Assembly: GCA_008632985.1 (NCBI GenBank)
Contig: QPGO01000088.1
Coordinates: 62,001-126,000 of the forward strand
Direction of reading: 5' to 3'
Origin: Psammoneis japonica
Taxonomy: Eukaryota
DNA length: 64,000 nt
Shown here: piece by piece, positions 26,496 to 35,682 of the stretch
How positions within the stretch are numbered: the stretch's first letter is position 1
Layout of the letters: each line of letters begins with the position of its first letter
Program-made: the position numbers and the translations under genes
Notes under the pieces: generated by a model
Seen by the model: the letters and a program-made list of their open reading frames with translations, nothing else
Told to the model about the DNA's origin: nothing
Database searches by the model: none

Positions 26496-26939
26496 GGATT
26501 CGATGGTGTGCGATGCCGATCTCACCCAGGACTAGCCCAAGGACTGCCTTGCCAAGAACCACCAAGAAGTGACTCGACATTGGAGCACTTAGAAGTCTCG
26601 TGGAGTAGAGTTTTCGGTAACACCCTACTCCGTACTAGGGGGGTTGGGTAAACCCATGCCCTCCGCAGGGTCTCGAGTGAAACTCGAGGGCTCGATGATT
26701 GGTTCATCGGACCATGCTCCGGGCGCTTCCGAGCGAACGCAGTGGGGGGTGCCTTCGGCATTGCGCGACGTCGGCACCCCGAACTGGCAGGATCTCAAAC
26801 TCGGAATGGAAGAGAACGCCAGACGCCATTTGTTTGATTACGTAGTTGGGCGTCGTCGAGAATGTGGAACCGAAAGGAACCGATCTAGACTCCAGCGACA
26901 GACTCCCGCGGTCTTGTCGACACAGGTGAGCACAAATCC
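26496..26939. repeat. Split direct repeat B2 (444 bp)
   Basis: Colinear direct copy of 27194-27637 with ~25 differing sites. Confidence 0.95.
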
Positions 26940-26958
26940 AGGGAGTGGTGGGTGGGTG

Positions 26959-27194
26959 GCAAAAAATGGCTTTTCCAATGCTTTGGCATGGTCCAGTCAC
27001 GTTGATCAGAGTTCCTGTCTCAACAAAGATGGAAAAGTGGGGAAACAGGATGCCGACAAGTTTGACCGGTCACAGAAACCGGTCATCTTGGCCCAGAGGT
27101 GCCCTCCTCTGGAAGAGGCACATGTCGGTGGACTAGCCAGATGAGAGGTCTTGCCTCGCACGGTTCGTCTCCATCTAAACTTGGGTGCGAAGAG
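26959..27194. repeat. Split direct repeat A2 (236 bp)
   Basis: Colinear direct copy of 35375-35610 with 9 differing sites. Confidence 0.95.
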
Positions 27195-27637
27195 GATTCG
27201 ACAGTGTGCGATGCCGATCTCACCCAGGACTAGCCCAAGGACTGCCTTGCCAAGAACCACTGAGAAGCAACTCGACATTAGAGTGCTTGGAAGTCTCACA
27301 GAGTGGAGTTTTTGGTGACACCCCACTCCGCACTGGGGGGGTTGGGTAAACCCATGCCCTCCGCAGGGTCTCGAGTGAAACTCGAGGGCTCGATGATTGG
27401 TTCATTGGACCATGCTCCGGGCGCTTCCGAGGGAACGTAGTGGGGGGTGCCTTCGGCATTGCGCGACGTCGGCACCCCGAACTGGTGGGATCTCAAACTC
27501 GGAATGGAAGAGAACGCCAGACGCCATTTGTTCGATTGCGCAGTTGGGCGTCGTCGAGAATGTGGAGCCGAAAGGAACCGATCTAGACTTCAGCGATAGA
27601 CTCCCGCGGTCTTGTCGACAAAGGTGAGCACAAATCC
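27194..27637. repeat. Split direct repeat B1 (444 bp)
   Basis: Direct copy of 26496-26939, abutting A2. Confidence 0.95.
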
Positions 27638-27720
27638 CCCCCGATGAGAACTCCCAGGCAGTGGCCACCACAGAGATCAGCTTGTGACAAACGCACCCTG
27701 AAGGCGCACCCGAGCCAGTT

Positions 27721-29343
27721 TCACATTTCATGAGTGTGTCTTAAGAAGCAAGGGAGGAGGAGAGAGATGTCAGCGCAGTGTTGCCTCATCTTGTGAGTCG
27801 GCCTCATCCCTCCAGCTCGATCCTTCTTTTTCCAACGATTCACCAGGTCAATGTCGTCCTCCGACACATTTCGAGCGATGGCTCTCGAATCCGACCCACG
27901 TCAGAAGGACCTGCTCACATCGCACTTGTCCTCAATGTCCGAATGGGAGGTGATGTCTGCCCCAAAGAGGGACGGGTGGTCGTCAAAAAGCTCCGACAGG
28001 GCGAGGTGAAGAAGTGCATTTGGGTCATGGGTGGACAAGACCTTCCCAGCATCATCCGACATGGCTGGGCCTCGAGCTCATCCTCTTGATGCCTGAAAGG
28101 TCACAACTGCCTGGACCCACTGCCGGAGGCGAATGCCTGATCCCGTGACATTTGCACTCGGAAGCAGGTGTTGGCGCTCCCCATGTTCTCCCTTGACTCG
28201 ACCGAGAAGCGGAATCACCATGCAGGATTGATGGAGAGGCAGGTGTTCTTGCATGGCGCCCAAATCCATGAGTGAGCCTTCGGGGCCTCGGAGGGACAAC
28301 GTGAAACCAGCCGCGAAGCAGAGGCCACCAGTCAAGCACCTGAGGCGATCCTCAGCTGCGGTGGCCCGGTTGAACTTCTCTTCGATCCGGGGCAAAAGAT
28401 GTTGCATGATCTGCACCGAGATGGCCCTGTCTGGTCTCCAATCTTGGCCCGTGCGCCTTTTGCAACCTGTCACAAACCTTTGGAACCAGAGGGAAGCGCA
28501 AGGGTCCTCGCAAATGCGGAGACATTGTTTGCCCTCAAGGTCCGCAAGCGCTGAGGCTCGCCTGTTTGCAGAAGCCGAGGACCTCACCTGATTCGAGTGC
28601 GCAGTCCGCAGCTTCCCAATGGTGTCGAATTGAGTGTAGAAGTCAGAGTGCCGACCCGGGGACGTCAAAGCCAAGACCACCTGCATCGCGACCTCATGTC
28701 CACAATGATCAAAGGACGGCAGAGGTCCTGGCTCCAAGTGAGGACCTCGGAGCCCCAAACGCTCTGAGAGAGCCAAACCCCGGGCGACCTTGGACGCATT
28801 GTTCTCTACCGTGGAGGTCTCCCTGCTCCAGAAAGCGTCCAGGTTAACCCGCCTGATACAAGCCAAAGCCACCTGGTCACGTGGTGAGGTAGAGAAGGGG
28901 TCTCTCTGGCACAACTTGTGGAAGATGCACCCGTCGCACTCAAACGCCACCATCAAATGGTCCCCGGTTCGCGCCCGTGTAAACTTGTCCTTGTCCTGTG
29001 GTTTCCGGAACCAGGTGTCATCCTCGATCCGAGCGGCGTCCTCACCGGGAAGTTCCTCGCTGTCGTTTTCTTGGTCGGGCTGGAGGATCCCCCCCAGGTG
29101 GAACGTCATGTTTTTGCTTGAAGTGTGGCACCCGGGACACCACGCTTTTCGACACGCGGGCCAGCCCCCGACACTGTGAACAAAATTGGCGAAGAAGATG
29201 CCCCTCGTCCACTTCAGCATCCTCCCACACTCTGCGCAGCGCCCGGTCCATTGAGCACATTTTTGGGGTGCCTTGGAGCTGCCACGGACTGTGCAGGACG
29301 AAAGGAAAAGCAAGGCCTGTGAGCAGAGGTTCGAACATCTCAC
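27721..29343 (-). pseudogene. Tyrosine recombinase of the retrotransposon; in-frame TGA at 28078-28080 and 27901-27903
   Basis: LSLRGPEG (catalytic Arg box) and LLGRVKGE. Reading through the stops gives SRSF*RGS (SFRRG box), VNRW and MRQHCAD, where the catalytic Tyr is expected. Confidence 0.85.
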
Positions 29344-32300
29344 CGGGCCAGAAAGGCCCGGCCCCAGCCGGAACTCGAAACACCAAGTCGGAAGCCTTGT
29401 GCAATTGTTTTTGCCACTCAGGGGTCATCAGGCGGGGACACACAAAGATGTGGAAAGAAGTCTGTCGCTTGAGTCGGGCAATCCGCAGTTCTTTGAGTGC
29501 ATTCCTTGCTGCTGCCGGGGGCGGAGCCCAGACCCAGGTGCCAGAGCGAAAAGCAGGCACTTCAACAGCTTCGTAGGGTGGGCAGCACCACCCAGACATG
29601 TCATGCCCTTTCTGACACCAATCAAGCGGGGAGAGCAGATCGGCTGTGGGAGATCCAGCCCAAGACTGAATCCACCCCAGGAGTGGAGGTGCTCGCTCAG
29701 TTGCCGGCAGGTGCAAGGGGACAAACGAGAGCATCTTGGCTCCATTCATCACCCCTTCCAAAAGGACCCCTCGAGAAACTCCGTCCGTGCCCTGGGCTGT
29801 CATGCGACTCCCTGAAACATGAATCAAGTGGAGTGTAAACCCATGCTCAGCCTCCAGGACTCTGAGCCGCACTGCTTGTTCCAGGAGTTTCGGGTTGGAA
29901 GAAGTTCCCTTGTAGACGGCGACTTCCGAAACCGAATTGTCCGTGAAGAAATGCAACACAGCACGGTCGAGTTCCCCCGCCTCGGCCAGTTCCTGGATGG
30001 AGTCCACTGTGTTGGTTAGTTCCTTCCAGTTTGACGAGTTCGACTGGTCGTCATCGCCCCAGACACCAATCCTGAAGACCATCGCCCCGTCCTTCGTTTC
30101 CACTGAGGATCCAAGTCCCTTCCCCGACGCGTCAGCAAACCCATGCAAGACCACCACGACCTTGGAGGACCTGATTACCCTGGTGGTTGGTTTTTCAGGT
30201 TCCAAGATCCGCTGCAGAGCCTTCAGATCCAACAACAGACGCGGCACCGCGCGAACGGACTCGGGGTGTCCCGCATCCTGGAGGGCCTCCCTGACTTCGT
30301 ACGGTTCCATGCCGAGCTTGTCCGCTTCGTGCTGAATCCACACTGCACATTCCTTGTCTGACACAGCCCATCCATCGGGCTTGCGGTTAGGTCGCCACCC
30401 ATCCAGGGTCAAGTGGATTCCTTTAAGGAACGGGGTGACAAACGGGCAGGTCATGGCCGTGTGGACTAAATGTCCTCGTTTCCTCTCCAAATCCTTGAAA
30501 TTGAACAGTGGGAGGGAGGAGGCGGCCGATGCGTCGTAGGGGCTCAACAGGTCTGTGATCATCGTCTTGCTCTTGTCCCACTTCGCTTGCGACAGGGATT
30601 GGGTGACGTCCCCATCTATCACTCGAAAGATCGCTCCGGCCCAGGCCCTGGTTTCGCGCTGGGATGGCGGGCGCACCTTCCGGGCCGCGTTTTGGAGACC
30701 AAGACACTGGAGTCTCGAAGCCATTTGATGACCCACTTGCCAAGCCTCTTCTTTGCTCGATCCCATGCCCCGCAGATCATCGACGAAGGTCTTTATGTCG
30801 CCTGCGACGACCGCTTGACGGGAGTTCCACTCAACCACCAGGGGCTTCTTCACATCGTAATTGGGATCGCCCGGCAGATTGAATGGGATCTTGTCAAAGC
30901 CCATCGGGTTCCCCGGCCGTCCCGGGTCCCCCCGGGCCACCTCATCAGCCCAACAACAAGCGCGCACGGCCAGGCAAGGACTGGGTTTCACACCCATAAA
31001 TGAGCGGTTCCACCTCTCCAACCCCACAGGAGCCTGACCAGCCAAAGGTTTCGGCAAGTGGTCGCGAAGCGGGGTCAGGTCGATCCCGGCGTAAGGCCGA
31101 ATGCGGGGGTCCACAAAGAAGTTGAGAAACATGTCCCCCAGGTTCAAGTCAACAGAGAAGGTGGTTGGTGTCACACAGCCGAGGACTGAGGATGCAGTCG
31201 GGAGGTAAAATGAAGGTGCCCACAGCGCGTCGTTTAGCCCCGACGAGGCACCGTTGTAAACCATGCGAATGTCTTCCACGACCTCTTCCATTCTTCCATC
31301 GCTTCTCGGCAACAGAGACACCGCCTTGGGGACCCAAAAACAGTCGGTGAGGCTGGACACTGGGCCCGCCTCAATGTAACCGTGATCCCGGACCTTCTGA
31401 AGTTTTGTCGCCATCTGCTGGATCTCATTGGATGTGCCGCGGATGCGTTGCCGCCGGCGATTTCGAGGGAGGGTGGTCTGGACGAAGATCGGAGTGCCGT
31501 CACGGGCCCCATCCCGCTGCTCGGGAGAGGGCCAGCGCCAGAAGAAAAGCGAGGACCCCCGGTCCCAACTCCACCAAGAACTCCCCAGAGCCTGAATCAA
31601 GACGTCAGCCCCCAAGTTGGCGTCCAACAAAAGGGAGGGGAGAGGTGGGTCCCGGTGCAAACCCCCCTGTAGACTCCCAACAGAGTCCCCAAACCATCGA
31701 TGAAGGTGTGCCAGGCGGGTCATCCACCCTGGGCCACAACACCGACGCAGGAAACCCAATGGCGACCGGGTCAAGCGTCGCCGCCACCATCGGTGGGCCA
31801 GCCCGCGAAGGGCCGGAAGCACCGGTTCAAACATGGGAAACAAGAGTGTGATGCGCTTGTCCCAAAGGCGACAAGGGGGGGCAACCGAATCCCCTTTTGC
31901 CGCCTTGGCGGCAATCAGGGACAAATCGATCCAGTCGTGCGACAAGCACCGACCCAGGCGCGGCAACCATGTAGCCCGAGGACCAGATGCCGGAAGCTCA
32001 GGAGACCGCGTGGGTTGGGCTGGCTGGACCTCTGGCGGCAACTCTGGGCTGGAGTGTTGTAAAATGAAACCGTCCGTCACCACATGGAGGAGATTTAACG
32101 GAACCATCTGAGTGAGGCCTTCACCCCCCAATCGGTCCCGAATGGCTGGAGACTGAAACCGAGTGGGAAAATCCCACCCTGCAAGGAGTTCATCTCCAGT
32201 GAAAGCACGAAGAGTCCACCCCGTGGGTGACCGGTGGGACTGGCAAAGAACCTTCCGCCCCAAATGGTGGGGGTGCAGCAAATCGCACTCACGGTGCACT

Positions 32301-32860
32301 GTTTCACCCGGCTCTGATGGGCCAACCTGCCCCTTGCATTTGCAATCGATGATGTGGCCGATGGTCCGCCGCAACCCGTGATCGAGTTGTGGCAACGCGC
32401 CCCCGACACAGTAGAATGTTGTTCGGAAGGAGGTCACGCCTCCAACCGCCGAATGAGCAATGGCTGAATGAGGGAGATGCTGGAGCCCCTTCAACGCTCG
32501 TCTCGACATCCCCCCGACCGGGACCATGTGCATCGGGCACGAGGTCCCCACTCGCGAAACTCTCTCCAAAACACAGGGAGGGCCCGAAACTGGTGCCAAA
32601 TCTGCGCTCTCCAACGCATGAGGCACCCCAGAGAAAGGGATGCGCTGAAGAGAAGCTCCGTCTTGCGACTCAAAAAGCGCAACAAGGACCGACTCCAAGG
32701 GAGACGGGTCAGAATCAATCGAGCAAAGAACAACTCGAGGCCACTCAGCACAGCGGAGGGCCAAGAGCCAAATGGGGGGACCCCCAGAGATGACCAAGCA
32801 TGTCCCACGAAAAGCAAAGGATTTGCGGCCGCGGATGACGTGCCCCACATTTTCGTTCAC
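29042..32860 (-). CDS. Pol-like ORF: N-terminal extension, reverse transcriptase, RNase H, C-terminal DIRS MT-like domain (degenerate)
   Basis: WVPK...IRMVYN, DLNLGDMFLNF, MGVKPSP, FVDD; RNase H FADASG, SSNWKEL, FTDN, HVSG and DGVSRG; WVWAPPP...IFVCPRL...W. Confidence 0.88.
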   Translation of the reverse strand: MNENVGHVIRGRKSFAFRGTCLVISGGPPIWLLALRCAEWPRVVLCSIDSDPSPLESVLVALFESQDGASLQRIPFSGVPHALESADLAPVSGPPCVLERVSRVGTSCPMHMVPVGGMSRRALKGLQHLPHSAIAHSAVGGVTSFRTTFYCVGGALPQLDHGLRRTIGHIIDCKCKGQVGPSEPGETVHRECDLLHPHHLGRKVLCQSHRSPTGWTLRAFTGDELLAGWDFPTRFQSPAIRDRLGGEGLTQMVPLNLLHVVTDGFILQHSSPELPPEVQPAQPTRSPELPASGPRATWLPRLGRCLSHDWIDLSLIAAKAAKGDSVAPPCRLWDKRITLLFPMFEPVLPALRGLAHRWWRRRLTRSPLGFLRRCCGPGWMTRLAHLHRWFGDSVGSLQGGLHRDPPLPSLLLDANLGADVLIQALGSSWWSWDRGSSLFFWRWPSPEQRDGARDGTPIFVQTTLPRNRRRQRIRGTSNEIQQMATKLQKVRDHGYIEAGPVSSLTDCFWVPKAVSLLPRSDGRMEEVVEDIRMVYNGASSGLNDALWAPSFYLPTASSVLGCVTPTTFSVDLNLGDMFLNFFVDPRIRPYAGIDLTPLRDHLPKPLAGQAPVGLERWNRSFMGVKPSPCLAVRACCWADEVARGDPGRPGNPMGFDKIPFNLPGDPNYDVKKPLVVEWNSRQAVVAGDIKTFVDDLRGMGSSKEEAWQVGHQMASRLQCLGLQNAARKVRPPSQRETRAWAGAIFRVIDGDVTQSLSQAKWDKSKTMITDLLSPYDASAASSLPLFNFKDLERKRGHLVHTAMTCPFVTPFLKGIHLTLDGWRPNRKPDGWAVSDKECAVWIQHEADKLGMEPYEVREALQDAGHPESVRAVPRLLLDLKALQRILEPEKPTTRVIRSSKVVVVLHGFADASGKGLGSSVETKDGAMVFRIGVWGDDDQSNSSNWKELTNTVDSIQELAEAGELDRAVLHFFTDNSVSEVAVYKGTSSNPKLLEQAVRLRVLEAEHGFTLHLIHVSGSRMTAQGTDGVSRGVLLEGVMNGAKMLSFVPLHLPATERAPPLLGWIQSWAGSPTADLLSPLDWCQKGHDMSGWCCPPYEAVEVPAFRSGTWVWAPPPAAARNALKELRIARLKRQTSFHIFVCPRLMTPEWQKQLHKASDLVFRVPAGAGPFWPGEMFEPLLTGLAFPFVLHSPWQLQGTPKMCSMDRALRRVWEDAEVDEGHLLRQFCSQCRGLARVSKSVVSRVPHFKQKHDVPPGGDPPARPRKRQRGTSR

Positions 32861-32884
32861 CTGTGGTGCGCCCCCCCCCTGGCC

Positions 32885-35356
32885 TCATTTCTTTGTCTCC
32901 AGAGCCTTCAGACGACGGTTCACCTCTTTCAGCTCCGCTTTTAACTTGTTCACCTCTTGGTGTGCCGTGTCGGCTCGCGCCTGCGCCGACTTTGCTTCCG
33001 TCCCCGCATTCTTGGCCTTGTCGGTGAGGGTCACAACCGTGGCCTGCAAAGCTGTCACCACTTCAAAACCCGAATTGGTCGCGAGGAACTTGACACACTC
33101 AGATGCCATCGAGGGGTGGTCCTTAAAGTTGTGCGCCGTGCATTCGGCCATTACGTCCTGGGACCTGAACACCGCCCAAAGAATTTGACTGCACACCGCA
33201 TCGGGATCCGTCCCAGCGATCGAAGTGAAAACCCCTGACCGAACCTGGTTGAGGTCATCGAAGATCCAGTGTACGAGTTTCGACGTCAAAGACCAAGCCT
33301 GTTTCTGAGAAAACTTGCTCAACTGCACAAGATTTTTGCAGGTCTCGTCCATGAACTGCATCAGGGCCCGTGCGAACGCCACGGACTTGGACAGAGCGTC
33401 TCGAACAACCTGGCTCTCAAAAGAACCGCTCGGGATCCTCTGGGAGATGTCATTTGGTGCATTGCGTTCGATCGTGACGATCTTTTCCATGACAAAGTGT
33501 TTGGCACCAGTGGACCCAGTCGTCCAATGGTCATGGGATGACACCTTGTCTGGGAAAGAGGGGTGCAGCCCGGGTGACTGAGCTCCTTTCGCTGACCCCG
33601 AGTCAAGGATCCTCGGCATGCTGCATTGGAAACTGGCAAGAGTTCGCGCATCCTCCTCCGCACTGATCTTCAAGTCCATCCGTTTGGACAACCCAGCAAG
33701 GAAGTGATGCAACGCGGCGAGCTCGGTGCCCGCAATTCGGCCCAACAACAAATTGGCATCCGTAAGACAGCCATGCACTCTGGAAGAAAAATGCTGGACC
33801 ATCCAGGCCTTGCACTCTGAAAATGACGAAACGCCTGCACCCGAGAATTTGATGGCTGAAGATTCCGATTTGGACTTCAGCTCATTGACCGCTTGGCTGA
33901 GGTCTCGGATTTGACGATCGAGTGTCCCAGAGGGCGAGACACCCGCTCCACTCACCCCACTGCCGAAGCCAGCAACTCCTCCACCCAACGTAGCGGCGTT
34001 CTCCAACCTCTGCACTTTTGCCACTAGTTGGTTGCAGACTCTCAGGGTCCCCGCCCTCAGAGAGTCCAGGTCGCGTTTAGGAGCGAGGCTGGAGAGCTGG
34101 GCCTGGACCCTTTGAAGAGCTGCAGTAAAACTTGACGCCAACCTGTTGGACCCGGCCCGAGCGCTGCTTTCCAAGCGGGCCATTTCAGTAGAAAAATCCC
34201 GAGGTTGAGCCGAACTCAGTGTCGACAGGTTAGCGAGCGTCCCCCAGATAGTTGGGGCTTCCACTCGCTGGTCGAGCTCCGCCGGAGGGGCACCAAGAGT
34301 GGCATCGAGCTGTTCCAACTTCCGACTCAGCACATCAAGTGCCAAGTCCGAGTCTTTGAACCTGGAGCAGGCTTTGTTTCCCAAGTCGACCAGAACTTGT
34401 CCCGTCTCCGACAAGTTTCGTTCGACCGACTGCACCACACGAGCCAGGGCCGCCGGGCTCTTGTTTGCTGCAAGAAATTGGGACGGGGCAGTGGCAATCG
34501 CCCGTTGGCAAGGGGAGAAGTGGCCAAACTGTGACCCCGGAAACAAATCGCTCCCAGGATCCTTGGTTTTCGCTGGGGTTTTGTAGGCCGCAGCCTCCTT
34601 GCACTGCTTGAGAGACTCGCCAAACTGATCCTCCGTCGGGAAGCGCGACTCACTGTTTCCTAGAGCTGGGAACTTTTGACGCCACCCCGCCAAGGTGTCC
34701 GATGCTGACTCCCACTTGACCAACACATCAGCAGAGACAAATGAGCCGTCGAGAGTGGGTTGGCAGAAAGCTGCACCCAGCGTCTTCAGGATCGACACCA
34801 TGCCGTTCGGAGGCACTTGTTTCTTGGATCCCTTGTGTTTCACTTTGCACTCCGAGGCTTTCTTGAAACAAAATGTCGCACCACTCCCAATTGCGCCAAG
34901 GCACCGGGTGGTGTCGGTGCCCTCCATCCAGACGACACAAAAACGAGGAGCATCAGACGAAGGAGACGCACCTTCCTCCTTCGACGTGAACGCCCCTCGA
35001 GTTGCTCCCTCATCCCCCGGAGCAAAAAAGTCCACGCGTGGTGCGTGGGCCTGCGCTCCGTCGGCTCGCGAAAGAAGGACATCGAAAGCCGAATCTGGGT
35101 TGGGGGAGTTGACCTCCCCCAATTCCGCGAGCTCAATGTCCGAGTGCCCAGCGTCGGTCATTCCAAGGTTCAAGCCCCCAAGGGAGGGGTTTGGGCCCTC
35201 AGTGCCCCCCTGATGACCCGCCCCAGAGGGTGGGGCCCGAGAAGCGGAGGACGAAGGAGAACGCGACGAGAACGGAGAGATGACATCTGACTCGAGAGTG
35301 CGGGCAATGTTGACGAAGGCCTCGTCATTGACGCCGGAAGCAAAGAAGTCAGACAT
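32885..35356 (-). CDS. Gag-like ORF1 of the retrotransposon
   Basis: First ORF after repeat A1, with a Cys/His cluster CLGAIG..FC....C...H and coiled-coil segments. Assignment is mainly positional. Confidence 0.7.
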   Translation of the reverse strand: MSDFFASGVNDEAFVNIARTLESDVISPFSSRSPSSSASRAPPSGAGHQGGTEGPNPSLGGLNLGMTDAGHSDIELAELGEVNSPNPDSAFDVLLSRADGAQAHAPRVDFFAPGDEGATRGAFTSKEEGASPSSDAPRFCVVWMEGTDTTRCLGAIGSGATFCFKKASECKVKHKGSKKQVPPNGMVSILKTLGAAFCQPTLDGSFVSADVLVKWESASDTLAGWRQKFPALGNSESRFPTEDQFGESLKQCKEAAAYKTPAKTKDPGSDLFPGSQFGHFSPCQRAIATAPSQFLAANKSPAALARVVQSVERNLSETGQVLVDLGNKACSRFKDSDLALDVLSRKLEQLDATLGAPPAELDQRVEAPTIWGTLANLSTLSSAQPRDFSTEMARLESSARAGSNRLASSFTAALQRVQAQLSSLAPKRDLDSLRAGTLRVCNQLVAKVQRLENAATLGGGVAGFGSGVSGAGVSPSGTLDRQIRDLSQAVNELKSKSESSAIKFSGAGVSSFSECKAWMVQHFSSRVHGCLTDANLLLGRIAGTELAALHHFLAGLSKRMDLKISAEEDARTLASFQCSMPRILDSGSAKGAQSPGLHPSFPDKVSSHDHWTTGSTGAKHFVMEKIVTIERNAPNDISQRIPSGSFESQVVRDALSKSVAFARALMQFMDETCKNLVQLSKFSQKQAWSLTSKLVHWIFDDLNQVRSGVFTSIAGTDPDAVCSQILWAVFRSQDVMAECTAHNFKDHPSMASECVKFLATNSGFEVVTALQATVVTLTDKAKNAGTEAKSAQARADTAHQEVNKLKAELKEVNRRLKALETKK

Positions 35357-35374
35357 GTTCGAGCGAGAGAGGGA

Positions 35375-35610
35375 GCAAAAAACAGCTTTTCCAATGCTTT
35401 GGTGTGGTCCAGTCACGTTGATCAGAGTTCCTGTCTCAACAAAGATGGAAAAGTGGGGAAATGGGATGCCGACAAGTTTGACCAGTCACAGAAACCGGTC
35501 ATCTTGGCCCAGAGGTACCCTCCTCTGGAAGAGGCATGTGTCAGTGGACTGGCCAGATGAGAGGTCTTGCCTCGCACGGTTTGTCTCCATCTAAACTTGG
35601 GTGCGAAGAG
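35375..35610. repeat. Split direct repeat A1 (236 bp), 5' end of the element
   Basis: Direct copy of 26959-27194. Confidence 0.95.
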
Positions 35611-35682
35611 TCCTCAACTCACTTGCGACTCCTCCGACGCGACGCAACCGACCCACCAAGCAAACGGGCAGAAGTTGACGTA

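Larger units (their letters stand above)
26496..35610 (-). mobile_element. Tyrosine-recombinase (DIRS-order) retrotransposon with split direct repeats (PAT/Ngaro-type layout); full length but inactivated
   Basis: In element orientation: A1 - gag-like - RT/RNase H - overlapping YR - B1 - A2 - 19-bp spacer - B2. No DDE integrase and no LTR pair. Confidence 0.9.

Noticed and set aside
26496..27637. LTR pair or simple tandem duplication
   Set aside because: The B-A-B arrangement with a distant A copy and a tyrosine recombinase fits split direct repeats; no integrase or TG..CA termini.
27721..28080. TGA as selenocysteine or a recoded codon in the YR frame
   Set aside because: One stop falls at an expected Arg (SFRRG); CGA->TGA deamination is simpler, and host genes use TGA as stop.
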